Source: Harriotta raleighana (taxonomy: Eukaryota). From it: a stretch of 64,000 nucleotides of DNA. The notes under the pieces are model-generated. The model had not been told where the DNA came from and did not search any database. It saw only the letters and a list, made by a program, of their open reading frames with translations. A program made the translations under genes and the position numbers. The stretch spans positions 4,981,036 to 5,045,035 of the forward strand of contig JBNZDD010013726.1 in NCBI GenBank assembly GCA_050575255.1, written 5' to 3'. Shown in pieces: positions 1 to 13,050 of the stretch. Within the stretch, counting starts at the first letter, position 1, and each line of letters begins with the position of its first letter.

Positions 1-39
1 ACAGACTACTATCAGATATCAGCCTGTCTTATTTGATAA

Positions 40-405
40 CACTCACCTCTGGGTCAGAGGTTGTGGGTTCAAGACTGAGCTCAAATCCTGACAGTCTATC
101 TGATAGGCAGTGCAGGGGGAGTGTTACAATATCAGAGATCGTGTCCTTTAGACCAGGCATAAATCCAAGGGAACCTATTCAGGTGGATGTTAACGAAACC
201 ATGGCAAACTTCGAAAAGAGAAAGCAGTTTCTCACAGTATTGTGGCCAACATTCTCCCAGCTAAATTTGGCCATTGACTTCGTTGAGGTTTACAGGAAAT
301 TGTTGAGCACAAATTGACTGTTGTGTTTGGGTACAACCAATTCCTACAAAATACTTTGAAATGTTTCGGAGATATGATGATGTGTTATATCAGATCCAAG
401 GACTG
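40..405 (+). mobile_element. Old degraded Deu-domain SINE (SacSINE1-like)
   Basis: tRNA-like head (gttgtgggttcaag), Deu-like core (ttcaggtggatgttaa..ccatggc..ttcgaaaagag..gtggccaacatt), decayed L2-type tail; boundaries approximate. Confidence 0.6.
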
Positions 406-1462
406 TTAATGTTATGTCATCAGACATGGTGGCATTTTTTCAGAGCTGCTAATCAATTCTATCAGAGATAGTCCTCTTCAGTCCTTGTGCTAATTGCTCA
501 GAAATGTACCCGAAATGTTAACAGACAGACAAAACTTTGAAGTTTCGTATGTAATGATTAATAAAACAAAATCCTGCACAATCCTGGTGTAGCATATGTG
601 TTTTACCTGGGGAATTCCACTCAGATGTTGATTTCCTCTAGGCAGTGGGAGCATTTCCTTGGCTGCAATCAGACTTCAAAGAAACCACAAATGTGATTTG
701 GCATCCAAGCAATGTTTCAGATGGTGGTCATGAAACATGTCTGTTTACATTGAGTATTCCTTATTTGAGAATCATTTTAAGATTGCATTCATATCATTTC
801 CCTTACCTTTAGCTGTGGTACTTCTCTGCTTCCTATTGATCTCCAGTCGTTGACTCCTGGAGTTCCCTTGATGAGATATAAGTACTCCATATTATGCAGC
901 TAATGTGTCTAATTTCATCACACCAGTATTTTTACTTCCTCTTGTGATAGTGTATAAACTGAAATTAAGATTTATATTTATATTGTCTCCCTCAGTTTTT
1001 GCTCAACTCCTTGCTTAGCTTTTGATATAGACGATATAGCAGTCCGCATGTAAAAGACGCAATGCGTTTCTTAAGAAAAACCTTCCCCAAAATATAACTT
1101 TTCTCTCCAGTGGTTTTGTTGTTTTGGAACTGCACCGTGTGCTCCTCACTCCCTGTGGACAAAAATCTGTGCTTGTTTCAGTTTAAAAACAATATTTAAA
1201 AATTAATCAATTGTGTAGAGATGAGCTTAGCCCTTCTGTTCTTAGATCTTTTCCTTTTACTTTGTCCAGTCTGAAAGAAACTCTAAAACCAGATGGCATG
1301 GACCAGTATTGCCCTCAGTACAGATTACTGTAAAATGAATCGGTGCATCAGGTGGAACGTGGGGGACATTGGGGTGTGCTTTATAAGTTAAACGGAGGGG
1401 CTTAGAATGTGATATTCCAGCAAGAGTCGGGAATTGTAAGTAGCGATTCCTGCTGGTATCTG

Positions 1463-1793
1463 ATAATAATAATAATAACAATCCTTGCATATGATATAGC
1501 GCTTTTCACATTTTATTGACGTCCCAAAGCGCTTCACAGAATATACTGTAAAGTGAATTGACTGTATATTTGTGGGCAGAACGCGGCAGCCAATTGCGCA
1601 CAGCAGCGTCCCCCACAAACAGTCATAGATTGAAATGACCAATTTTATTATTGTGGTTTTTTTGGAGGGATTATTATTAGGCATGTGGAGTAAGGAAACT
1701 TGCCCAAGGTTTCGCCCTGATCTGCCTGGATTCGAACACAGGTCTCATGCTTGTAAGGCGAGTGCTCTAACCATTAAGCCACAGGAGCTCCAC
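1463..1793 (-). mobile_element. Young full-length tRNA-derived SINE with L2-type (TTA)n tail
   Basis: A box TGGCTTAATGG and B box GTTCGAATCC on the minus strand; about 95% identical by eye to 4646-4969; probable TSD ATCTGATA (1458-1465 / 1794-1801). Confidence 0.9.
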
Positions 1794-4645
1794 ATCTGAT
1801 ATAATGTGAACGCAGCTGCGTGGGATGTGTTCCAGAAGCAGATTGTGGTGATCCCATGGAGCAGTGTGGCACACTTCTGTTCACTATTTGTGACTCTTGT
1901 GGTGAATGAATATCAGGTTTAGACTCGATAGTGTTCACAATGCTCCCAGAACTAGTAACGTGTGTCATAGATGCACAAATGTAGTCATTAGTTTTTTTTA
2001 ACCTAGTACAGGTTCATCAAATTCTAACCAGTAGCAAATAACTTGCAGAAAATGTAAGGACCATATTAATGCCCAGGTTGTTATTAAAGGTCTCGTGACT
2101 TAATTGTTGCCATTTTTAATATTATTTTACACTGTTTCTGTTAATACGGTATTGAGGTGTATGCCAGCATCAGAGTGAGTGTTAAATACATTTGGATTAG
2201 AAAGTTGAAATATTTACAGATGGAATTGCTCCTTTGGTGATGTTGCTACTCTACTGACTGTTTAATCCTGAAGGCAGTGTGCATGTGCTTCTTCTTGTAT
2301 AATGATGTAATGAACAAAAATCTGCATTTCTACAAAAATCTGCAGGAAAAATAATGCGGTAAAATCTGTGAACAAAACAAAACAACAATTACTACTTCAA
2401 GGTTTGCACCTCCCTAAAATACAGCAGATATTTTTCATTTGAAGATCAACACAACACACTTGTTTTGTATTCAATTGAAATGGTGTGAATGCTGTTTAAA
2501 CACAGATTTCTTGAACAGTAACAGTGGCTAATGTGGTTTATAACGCATAAAAATGTTGTAACCCACATATGTGCCTATTGAGCGATTTTGTAGTGCTTTA
2601 TGATGTAAGTTACTAGCAGCTACTTTCAAGGTTAAAAGGAAAGGCATCACTGTGTAGCTCCGGCCATTTTGGATTGAAGTGAGTTATATCTTTCAGTTCC
2701 CTATAACATGCATTGCCTATTATAATACAGTATTAGGAGCACCAGGCTACTGTGCTCCTAACTGCACAAGCTGTTCATAGATTACAGAAGAATGTTCCAA
2801 TTGCTTCCTGATGCAAAAATGAGAGAAAGTGACAGATAATCCAATCATATTAAAATATATTTCTCTCAGGTGATGGCTGAAAATATGAAATATTGCTTGC
2901 AGTCCAGTTTTAATTTCTGTGTGGGGGGGGGGGTTCCCCCTCCCCCTTTTGCACATTTCTGCTTTTCACTATTTTACACAGGTAGTGTTACCAAGTCAAG
3001 TTATGTGTAGCTAACACAAATAGACTTCCATTCCAGTAAGTGCCAAGGCTTATTTCCCATTAGGAACACCAGCTGTGATTTACTTAAATAGCAGTTCTTG
3101 AAACTTAGCACCATTAAGGAAAACCTGAATGTTTTTCACAAAGCTTTCAAATCTGTTCTAATACATATGTATTGAAGTTCAAATCTTTAAGGTTTGTTTA
3201 GGAAGTGTCACCTTAATAGTTGGGAAGTTTCTAAGGAAAACTTGCTTAGTGTACAGGTTGATACATGATGTTTATAGGTGAGTTCCATTTGCTACTATCA
3301 TGATTTGTTTTCTACTTTATAAATTCAAAGTCCGTTTGAAAGAAAGCAAAATATACTGTAAAAATGTTTTGTTCAATTAACTCAAGCTTACAATTTATTA
3401 TATTTGCATTTGCACTGTTCCTGCATTTGAAAACAAAGGAACCAGCGCTATTCCTATAGCATGCCTCACACATAAAGCTGGGAAAATATGGAGGGAGGGG
3501 AGGAATGGGGGGCTGTCTTTGCTGTCATTGTTTATCAATGGGATGCGATTTTGTACTTCACCTGTCTGTTGGGATTTAGATGTCTCTTCCCTTTGGTTTA
3601 AATTTTACAAAGAAAGTTGTGCTTTACAACTGTATTTGGATGATCAGTACTGTATTTCTTTAAAATATTTTGCTTGGACATGCTCAAATGGTAAAGCCTG
3701 AGCATTCTTGGCTCGGTCTGAAAGAAACCCAGGTGTCTCATTCCTTGTCTTACCTATTCCATTTCAATAGTTTTATTTTTAAAATCATGTCTCTCCCCTG
3801 TCCAAATGTATTGCATCAGATCTGTTCTTGTCCCCCTCTTGCTCACCCCAAGCAATTATATGAGATTGAGATATATCCAAAGTTTGCAGAAATTTGAATT
3901 ATAAAACTAATAATATTTTTAACTGTTTGAAAGAAATACTTCTGAAATATCAACGAGAAAGCTGGTCTGCTTCCTCCAGCACATATGATCGGCTCCTGAA
4001 TGTAAGATAAAGTATATTTCTTAAAGAGTCATGAGTGATTTTTCAAAAACTAATTTCTATTGTCGCTGTAATTCAAAATTTAGAGTTAAAATATATTGAT
4101 GGTACAAGGAGCAGTACATACACAGCTGAGTGGTCTTGCACATTAATGTACTAGAATATCACACCATGATCAAAGATATACACTATTTTGAAGCACTCTG
4201 GGACGCTGTCCACCAATATATAAATCGAAGTAGTTGTTGTTGTATATCCACACTGACCCAAAGTACTTGGTAAATTTGAATCAACACAAGTTGCTGACTG
4301 TCCATCAGAGAGGAAGAGAATTTATAGGTGAGTTGCCTTTGGTCAAGGGCTGTTTTGGTAGAGAGTAATGTGTACAGAACTAAAAGGACAGAACATGTCT
4401 AGAATGGAGGATCGTAAAATAAATATAAAAGAGATAAGTATTGAGTTAAAAAGCCATAACAATGGGATGAGAAATGATCTCCTAGAAGGCATCTGTAAAT
4501 GCATTGATTCAAATATCTCCATTGAACTCCATTCTAAAGCTTTATCCTCCACAGGATATTTACTAATCTGATTTTCGATGCAATTCTTAAAGACTGTCAT
4601 CATTCAAGAATGAATAAATAGTTCACTGACTGTACTGTCAATGTT

Positions 4646-4969
4646 GGAGCTCCTGTGGCTTAGTGGTTAGAGCACTTGTCTTACAAGCATGAGACCTGTG
4701 TTCGAATCCCGGCAGATCAGGGCGAAACCTTGGGCAAGTTTCCTTACTCCACATGCCTAATAATAATCCCTCCAAAAAACTACAATAATAAAATTGGTCA
4801 TTTCAATCCATGACTGTTTGTGGGACGCTGCTGTGCGCAATTGGCTGCCGCATTGTGCCCAGAAATATACAGTCAATTCACTTTACAGTATATTCTGTGA
4901 AGCGCTTTGGGACGTCGATAAGATGTGAAAAGCGCTATATCAAATGCAAGGATTATTATTATTATTATT
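4646..4969 (+). mobile_element. Young full-length tRNA-derived SINE, same family
   Basis: A box TGGCTTAGTGG, B box GTTCGAATCC, ends gcgctatatcaaatgcaagg(att)n. Confidence 0.9.
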
Positions 4970-5759
4970 GTTGATACCCAGAATCACTCCTGTTGCATAC
5001 TGTGCAGTGACATGGGCCTGATGTTAAATTAACTTGTTAATCTCTCTTGTGTGATCTACTGCCCAATTCAATGGTTTCAAAGTCCATACAATCTAAATAT
5101 TTAAAGTATTTCAATACTTGTACTTCTGAGTTTATACCTATTACTAACTCATGACTAGTCATTGGGAAATCTGATTTCCTACAGGATGTACTGGCCTTGT
5201 CAACTTCACTGGAGTGGGGCATTCTATCACTAAGGAAATCCTAGTTGTTTCCTACTAGCTCTTTCATAATTCAGTCGGAAATGGGAATTACATTCAGAGT
5301 TTAAAATAACAGGGTTGTCATTAAAGCTTCTCTTAAAGTAGATTTAGTTTGACACTTGACTGCTAAATAGAAGGTCACAAATTGGCGTATCAGGCCTGCT
5401 TATTGCTCACAGTTGCTTGGTTGAATGAGTTTTGACAGTTCTCAGCCAACGTGCCAGATGGATTGGCATATTTTCGATTTGATACTTCACCTTGAGGCAG
5501 AGGAAAAACTGGTGAACCCCAATTTATGCTATTTAACACGTACCTTCTGGTGGATGATCAGCAAACAAAGGAGGGAGGAGACTGGAGAGATGAATAGTAA
5601 TTTTTTTGAAATTATTTAAATTTTATTCGATTAAGTAAGATTTCCATGTCCATGTTCCATGAAGAAATGAGGATCTCAATCTTCACTAGATTAATTTAGA
5701 ATTTAGTATAATTTTAGTGCTAAAGTGTAAACATCTAACAATCCGGGTTTCTTACAGCC

Positions 5760-6100
5760 TTCTGTTTTGCACATTATTTCCTTTCCATGAAGTGCTATTT
5801 ACTTCCAATGTTTTGCATTTATCTGTATGCAATTTTATTTGCCAAAAATAAGCATAGGGGAACACCTTGTCAAGTTCTCTTGGTAAGATTTTGGCTGCCT
5901 CCTCTAATTTCACAAGCTCCACTGGCTTGGTTTCATCTGCAGATTAAAGTAGTTTGAATATTTCTTTACCCTAATNATTCTCTTGGTAAGATTTTGGCTG
6001 CCTCTAATTTCACAAGCTCCACTGTCTTGGTTTCATCTGCAGATTAAAGTAGTTTGAATATTTCTTTACCCTAATCAAGGTCACTTAAGTAATACAGTAC
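5760..6100 (-). mobile_element. Degraded CR1/L2-type LINE RT fragment (partly duplicated around an n)
   Basis: Minus strand contains ...GCAGATGAAACCAAG (ADETK), resembling the RT FADDTK motif; boundaries approximate. Confidence 0.45.
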
Positions 6101-8869
6101 TAGCGTGTCCTTTGCTCTATATTTCTGAATTTGATCTTGTTTGCTGCTTCTCCAGTTAACCTTAAGCAAAATTGCTTGAATCTGAATGTTAGAATAAAAT
6201 GCTTTAACCTTCTCTTCTAATGGTGGGGGATTTATTATAGTAGATGTTGGAATGTGTGGCATCCGTGTTTGTTTTAAACTTTAAAGCATTTTTACCAATT
6301 TCTCTGTCTTGGACCTTTTTGTGCTACACATCACATTATGATGTCTCCACTTATTGCATGCCTGTGGCATAACAGTTGAGAGCAGAAACTAGCTTGTGTT
6401 CAGCTACTCATGGATTCTGTTATAGATAGATCATTGTATTGGTGCAGTACATCATGAGATTTATCCAACCTCATTGATTGAGTATGCCAATTAGGTAATT
6501 CCTGAAATGGGTGCTACATAAACACACAGTAGTTACTTTACCACTCATTGGACCTGTCCCTGCTTGGAGAGTTGTAGCAGCTACTTAAATTCATCTTCTC
6601 CCTATGTGGTGTAACCTTAAGAATAAAATCTATTCACATGTCCGCCTGACTATCCAGCTCACACCAGCAATTCCTCTCATGGTTTGTCATTCTAGGTGTA
6701 CTCCATTAAGCAGGGTTCTCTGAGATAGTACCTACCGAAGACAGCATCTTTGCGCAGAGAGGGTAGAGATGCAATCTGGTTTGCACTGACAACGCTGTGA
6801 TATTTTGAGTTGATCCAAATTGACCCCTATCTATTATCCAGGCAGTGCAATAATGCAAAAGCGGTTCTGGCAGCTGTGTAAGGGTTAAAGCAATCAAGCA
6901 TTGCATCACCTCATGGCTATACCTCAAGCTCCTCATGCAGAAATGACTGCCTACAAATTATTTCCAGCTGAGAAATATTGAAGTTGTGGGACTTTAAAAG
7001 ATCTGCAGGTTTTTTTTTGTAATTGTTACAATCACAATGGCTCTTTGTGTCTGTTCAACATGAATCTTTTTAACATTGTGGCATACTTACATTTTTGCAA
7101 CCATAGCTGATAACATTTGACCTGACTGCTGGTTGAGGACAAAAATATCTGCCAACAATGTACCCCAGTTGGCTCTCTACCATCATTAAAGTGAGATCAT
7201 TATGATGCTTAATATTTTTACTGCTAACTAAGGGTTTTGTTTCTCTTTTAATCNCCAACAATGTACCCCAGTTGGCTCTCTACCATCATTAAAGTGAGAT
7301 CATTAGGATGCTTAATATTTTTACTGCTAACTAAGGGTTTTGTTTCTCTTTTAATCCACAATGACTGCTCGGTGTAATTCAACAGGACTGAATATCAGGG
7401 AATATATTAATCCACATAAACCAGAGAGTTAACTTGCATTTTATAACCATGGATGACTTACTCTTAATGAGAGCTGTTGGGTTTGGCAGCAAGGAATGCT
7501 CTGCATTGTACAAATGAGCTGATAAGCAAACACATAAAGGGAGAGCAGCCATTGGACTATCAACCATCTGCTGGTGCTATTTTGGGTCTTATGTATCACG
7601 TTTACATTTTGACAGTGTTGATGGGACCCGACTAATATGGTAAGATCACTCGGAATCTTGGGAATTGTTAATCATGTGTTTTGAGAACATAATTGGGAGC
7701 ATTTTTTTTGAGTTTATATGAGCTGGGTGCATTTATTCTGATCTGTTTTAAGTGTTTCTTTAGCTCTGCTGTGGGTAATATCTTCAACTCAATAATCTCA
7801 GATGGTATTTTTAGCCCTGATGTAATGCCACAGTGAGTTTCTGTGTCCGAGTAGACATTAATTGGATCATCAGGTTTCATCTTTAGCTGGAGAACATGGG
7901 AGTGCAGGAGGGAGCAGACAGACTGGAGCAAGTAAGTGCTCAAATAAGACAGAATATCTTTGCTTCAGGTACTATTTTGATTTGCTATATATTTTTTCAC
8001 TCAATGAATAGGTTATGTATAAAATACAAATTGTAGTTTAGCTAATCTGGACATGATGAATGTGCTGCAGACGAGAGCACCTCGTCATCCACCATATAAG
8101 CCTCTTAGAGTAAATATGGACTTATGTGTTTGACTGTAGAGAACTGAGAAATGAAAGTCGTAAGGTGCATGTGTGCAAAGACTAAAAGGAGACTAGAAAA
8201 ACAAATGTTCCTTGAATGACGTTAGTTAGGAAATTGGATGCAGTTTTGTTACTTGTTTGTTTTAGAGGCAACTTGCAATTACTGTAGCAGGCTAAAAAAT
8301 CAACAATGTAGTGTGAAGCCAATTGCGAACCAACTTGAATTTGACAGATTGAGTCACATCAGGACATAACTCTGGGTCTTGTTGGGGTTGGTATAGGTTG
8401 TGTTCTTACGTGAGTCTGCACTTAATTAACGTTGTGAGCAATACCAAGGGAAAAGTTTAAAACATTGAATATATTAGTTGCTGGCATAAAAGTTAGTGTT
8501 GATGTGTGTTTATGAACCTGAGGATGAAAATAAAATTATATTGGAAATCAAAATGTTTGAAATGTGAGGTGCAAACTGCGATGTGTTATCACTGATCGTA
8601 ATAAACACATCACATTTTTTGCTCCTATATCAACTATCATTTCAACACGAGTACTAATACTAATAACAGATTTTACACTGAGCGTTACTTTAGTGTTTTA
8701 TACAATGCTGCCTTATGTTCTTAAGGTGCATGTGTGCAAAGACTGAAATGCTACTAGAAAAACTAATATTCATTGATTGAAGTTAGCTATGAACTTGGAT
8801 TATTTTTTAGAGCAGCAATTATATTCATTTAAAGCATTTGCCAAATTTATGTCCACTGTTGGTGTTATA

Positions 8870-9620
8870 ATAAAATAATAATTCTTGCATTCACTGGGAA
8901 CCTTTGTGTTAGTGACTCGTTGAAGGTGGCAGGTCAGGTAGACAAGGCTGTTAAGAAGGCATATGGGATACTAGGCTTTATAAATAGGGGTATAGAGTAC
9001 AAAAGTCAGGAAGTGCTGACTAACCTCTATAGAACTTTGGTGAGGCCTCAGCTGGAGTACTGTGTTCAATTCTGGTCACCTCACTATAGAAAGGATGTGN
9101 NNNNNNNNNNNNNNNNNNNNNNNNNNNNNNNNNNNNNNNNNNNNNNNNNNNNNNNNNNNNNNNNNNNNNNNNNNNNNNNNNNNNNNNNNNNNNNNNNNNN
9201 NNNNNNNNNNNNNNNNNNNNNNNNNNNNNNNNNNNNNNNNNNNNNNNNNNNNNNNNNNNNNNNNNNNNNNNNNNNNNNNTCTATGAATCTATGAATCTAT
9301 GAATATAGTGCCTTTCATGTTGATACAACTTAGAGCATTTCACTGGACTTACTATAAAGTGGAGTGATTATGTATTTTGTCGGCAATAGCAGCAGCGAAC
9401 ATATGTTTAATAATCTTCCAGAAACAGCCATGGAGTGATTGAGCAATTTTATCCACTGGAATATTGGCCTGAGCCTCTTTTCAAATAGTGTCATGGGATC
9501 TTTAATGTCCATCTGAGTGGGTAGACGGAACTCAGATTAATATCTCAGGGGAGGGATAGTACATCCAAGGATGCAATGCACACTGATCAAAGTGTCAGCC
9601 TCGACTTTCTGAGTTCAGTC
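8870..9620 (-). mobile_element. Old Deu-domain SINE interrupted by the CR1 insertion
   Basis: Tail split as aataattcttgcatt (8875-8891) and atagtgcctttca (about 9305); Deu core tcaaatagtgtcatgggatctttaatgtccatctgag. Confidence 0.65.
8894..9304 (+). mobile_element. CR1 LINE 3' fragment spanning an N gap (9100-9279)
   Basis: ORF KVAGQVDKAVKKAYGILGFINRGIEYKSQEVLTNLYRTLVRPQLEYCVQFWSPHYRKD is typical CR1 ORF2 C-terminal sequence; ends in a (CTATGAAT)n tail. Confidence 0.92.
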
Positions 9621-11541
9621 TATTCAATGCAATAGAAGAATGATCATTGAAAGCCCTGGAAAGCTTTAATGCAGAGTTAGACTCTGAAATGGTGTGCCTT
9701 CAGGACACAGCAAACATTTCATCAGATTTTTCTTGTAGTTCAGCCGAATTTGTATTAGGTCCTGTCAAGCGTGATTGCGTTATTATTTCATGAAAGATTT
9801 TTAAATCTCAATCCTGTCCATTCTCCATATTTCTTTATAGATCTGAGGAGAACTTTTTAATGAAAAAGTTGCCTCTACATTTTCTTTCTCCTGCATATAC
9901 ATTTTCAAAAATACTATGTTGTTGTTTTCTTCTTCTTTGATCACCTCCCCCTCCCTTTCCAGCTCGGTGTCAAACTTTGTTGCTCGTTAACAGTTTAGAT
10001 GTTCCCTATGTGAAGAGCACTTTATTGATGAATGTTGTGGTTTTATTTTTCTGCTTTTCCCTTGCATCTTTCCTCATTGCACCTCCAGCTGAGAGGGACT
10101 TGTTAGGCACAAAAATTAGGATGTGTGTGAGCACTTGGGTGGGATAATTTGTCCCAACAATTTCACCTTCTATGTAGGGGAATCACTTTTCCTTCTGCTC
10201 AATGTCTTCTTGATCAACACAGATCAATCAAGGGTGCCCAATTTTAGGAAAACTAAACAAGTCGGGGAAAATATAGCTTGTATGTCAATTACACGGCTAA
10301 GGTTAATGTGGCTAGAAGATTGATTCTTGGTATTCGTGCAAAGTTTAAAGTCTAATCTTGCTATTAAAAATAAACAAGTGTGAAGTTGTCTCACCTTTTG
10401 TTCCAAATGAATATACTCGCAATTGAGAATTAATTGGCCTGGGAGACATGAGAAAATATTTGTGCCATAGAGAATGTACAACAAATGAGGAAAAAGCAGA
10501 GCATACATTTCATTTAATACAAATTGATAAAACCTTATAGGATCATCCTGATTAATCTCACAAATGGCTTTCTAATATATACAGGGGATGCCATTGCAAT
10601 TCTACATGCAAATAAATGAATCCTGTTATCATTAGACGTGAAGTCATGTGGTGCATATCGGCAAGCTGGCCATCCAATTTGAACACAATGCTCCTTTTCA
10701 ATCCATTGCTAACAGCATTAACTCTTCTACAGAAATACCATGAAACAATTTCATTCAAAAAATATTATAACAAAAAACAACAGTGTTTTCCAAAGGAGTA
10801 ATGCCTTTTGAGGATGGCATAGTGATAAAACTGTTCAAGTTTCATATGATTTATATCATTCTAATCCTTTCAAGGCAGTTCCTTGAAACATATCTGATCT
10901 ACACACACTGTGCAATTCAATTGTCCTATTGCTCTATGACCAGTTTATCACTTGGAGTGTGATTCTCCTTCCACTCTTCCTCAAGGGGGGAGAATTCAAC
11001 CCTTTTTGTTTTCAGTGGAACTAAAAGATTTGGAGGTAATTTAGATTTAGGGATTCTATACTGTGATATATGCACTGATGTAAATATAATGTAAAAAGAC
11101 TAATTGAATGAATGTATCAGCTATGTGATCAAAAAGGATGATACCATAGAAAAACAATGACTCTTTATACATAGATTTCTCACTGTCCGTCACCTCTAAT
11201 ACTTCAAATCTTGATTCAAAGCCCCTGGCATCAGCAGGATTGTGAACTTATCATTCTCTTTGAAGGCAACCTTTCATTCATGGACCTTATAACCTTGCAC
11301 TTTGCAATAATGTGAAAACCAGGTTGCTACTTAAAGCCAGGGTGAAAAGTACTTTACTTTTGTTTACTGTGTTGTTGTTTTTACCACTAAGACTGAATTG
11401 TAAATTGTAACCTGTTGAAATCTTGCATATATAAACTTGAGTTTAACCTCATGTTGACTGCACTAGATCATATCATGCAAATTATGTATTAAAACTTTTT
11501 CCACATAAACCATCATTACTGAGCAACCTCCCCTCCCTAAT

Positions 11542-13050
11542 TGCAATGAAATAATACATGTGAATTTACAGTATTCCATTTTATTTCACCCAACTGTGTA
11601 AATGTTCGGATGAGAAAAAGCTGTACACTACAATTAAGAAACGTCTTGGGGAAGGTCAAAGACTAGATAATGAGTATTTTTTTCCTCCTAATAGATTAGT
11701 GCATTAGGATATTATTACTATTATGCCTTTGCAAACGAACGTCTGTTCTGTATTGTGTCAAGACTGTTGTCTCTCCCTCTAGCGAGACTTGAAAGTTCCC
11801 TACTTTCTCGTGAATAACTGAGGTTCCCCTCTGCTATTCACAGACATACAAGTTCGGCTATTTAATCAATATCCACAACTGAAATTAAGAATCAATTAAT
11901 TCTTCCTTATTTTTTCTCAACCAAAGAAACGTTGTCGGTCCAATTCCTTGTGAACATTTCTGACGATGAGATTACCACTTTTTAATGTGTTCCCCTCCTT
12001 TCTAAGTCTAACACACCCATACACACACCATCTTGTACTCAATGTGTGGCAACCTATTCTCAAGATGTTCCTGAAATCAGTAGCAAAATTGTGCTTGAGA
12101 ACTCACTGCAGAGCCAGATGTTGTGACTCACTGGGAACCTTTGGTTGACTTGACTCTTCCCAACAGGTGGTTTGGCAGCTCCACTGTGTGGTATAAATGT
12201 GAGACCAATGTCTCAACATGTGGGATTTCCAGTTGTAGTGTAACCACAGTATTGTACAATGTCAGCACGCCTTCTGATAATTAACTCAGCTGATTTAGTA
12301 GTTTTAGTCCAACAGCCTGTTCCCATTGTTTATCTCACACTCTTTGGATTTAGTGAGTGGCAACCAATAAGGGCAGGTGAAGACTTTAAAATGAGTTTAC
12401 AATCAAAACAAATCGTAAAGCTTTAAGTAACATTGAACAGAAATAAAATATCAGATGACTCAGTACATGCACTATGTCAAATGTTTTTTGTGCTTCATCA
12501 TTGGGAAGTTATGCTCTGGTTGAATGAACTGTAGGAGGGAACAGAGGGCCTTTCTAACAATAATCATTGTATTTGATACAGCGTCAAAGTAGGAAAGAAA
12601 ATCAGGGAGGTTCAGGGATAACAGCTCAGTGACAATAAGCTTGGGTTTTAAAACTATCGATTCTACAAACAAGGGGAGTTTCACAATCTTGAAATTCCAA
12701 GACCAATATCAATTGAGGGAGAGAATGAAAACAATCAACTTTGATTTCAACACAGTGATACTAATGTAATTCTTTATTTGTAATGAAATACTCTAATACA
12801 AGTGAATTTACAGTATAGCATGTTATTTCACCAAACTGTTTAAATGTTCGGATGAGAAAAAGCTGTACACTACAATTAAGAAACGTCCTGGGGAGGGTCA
12901 AAGATAATGAGTGTTTTTTTCCTCCTAATAGACTAGTGCATTAGGATATTATTACTACTGTAGTATGCCTTTGCAAATGAACGTTGGTTCTATATTATGT
13001 CAAGACTGTTGTCTCTCCCTCTAGCGACACTTGAAAGTTCCCTACTTTCT
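11542..13050 (+). repeat. About 265-bp dispersed direct duplication (11542-11808 and 12779-13050)
   Basis: Copies align at roughly 90% with small indels; no N between them. Confidence 0.85.

Noticed and set aside
4646-4725. tRNA-like A/B box sequences
   Set aside because: They are SINE heads continuous with SINE bodies, not tRNA genes.
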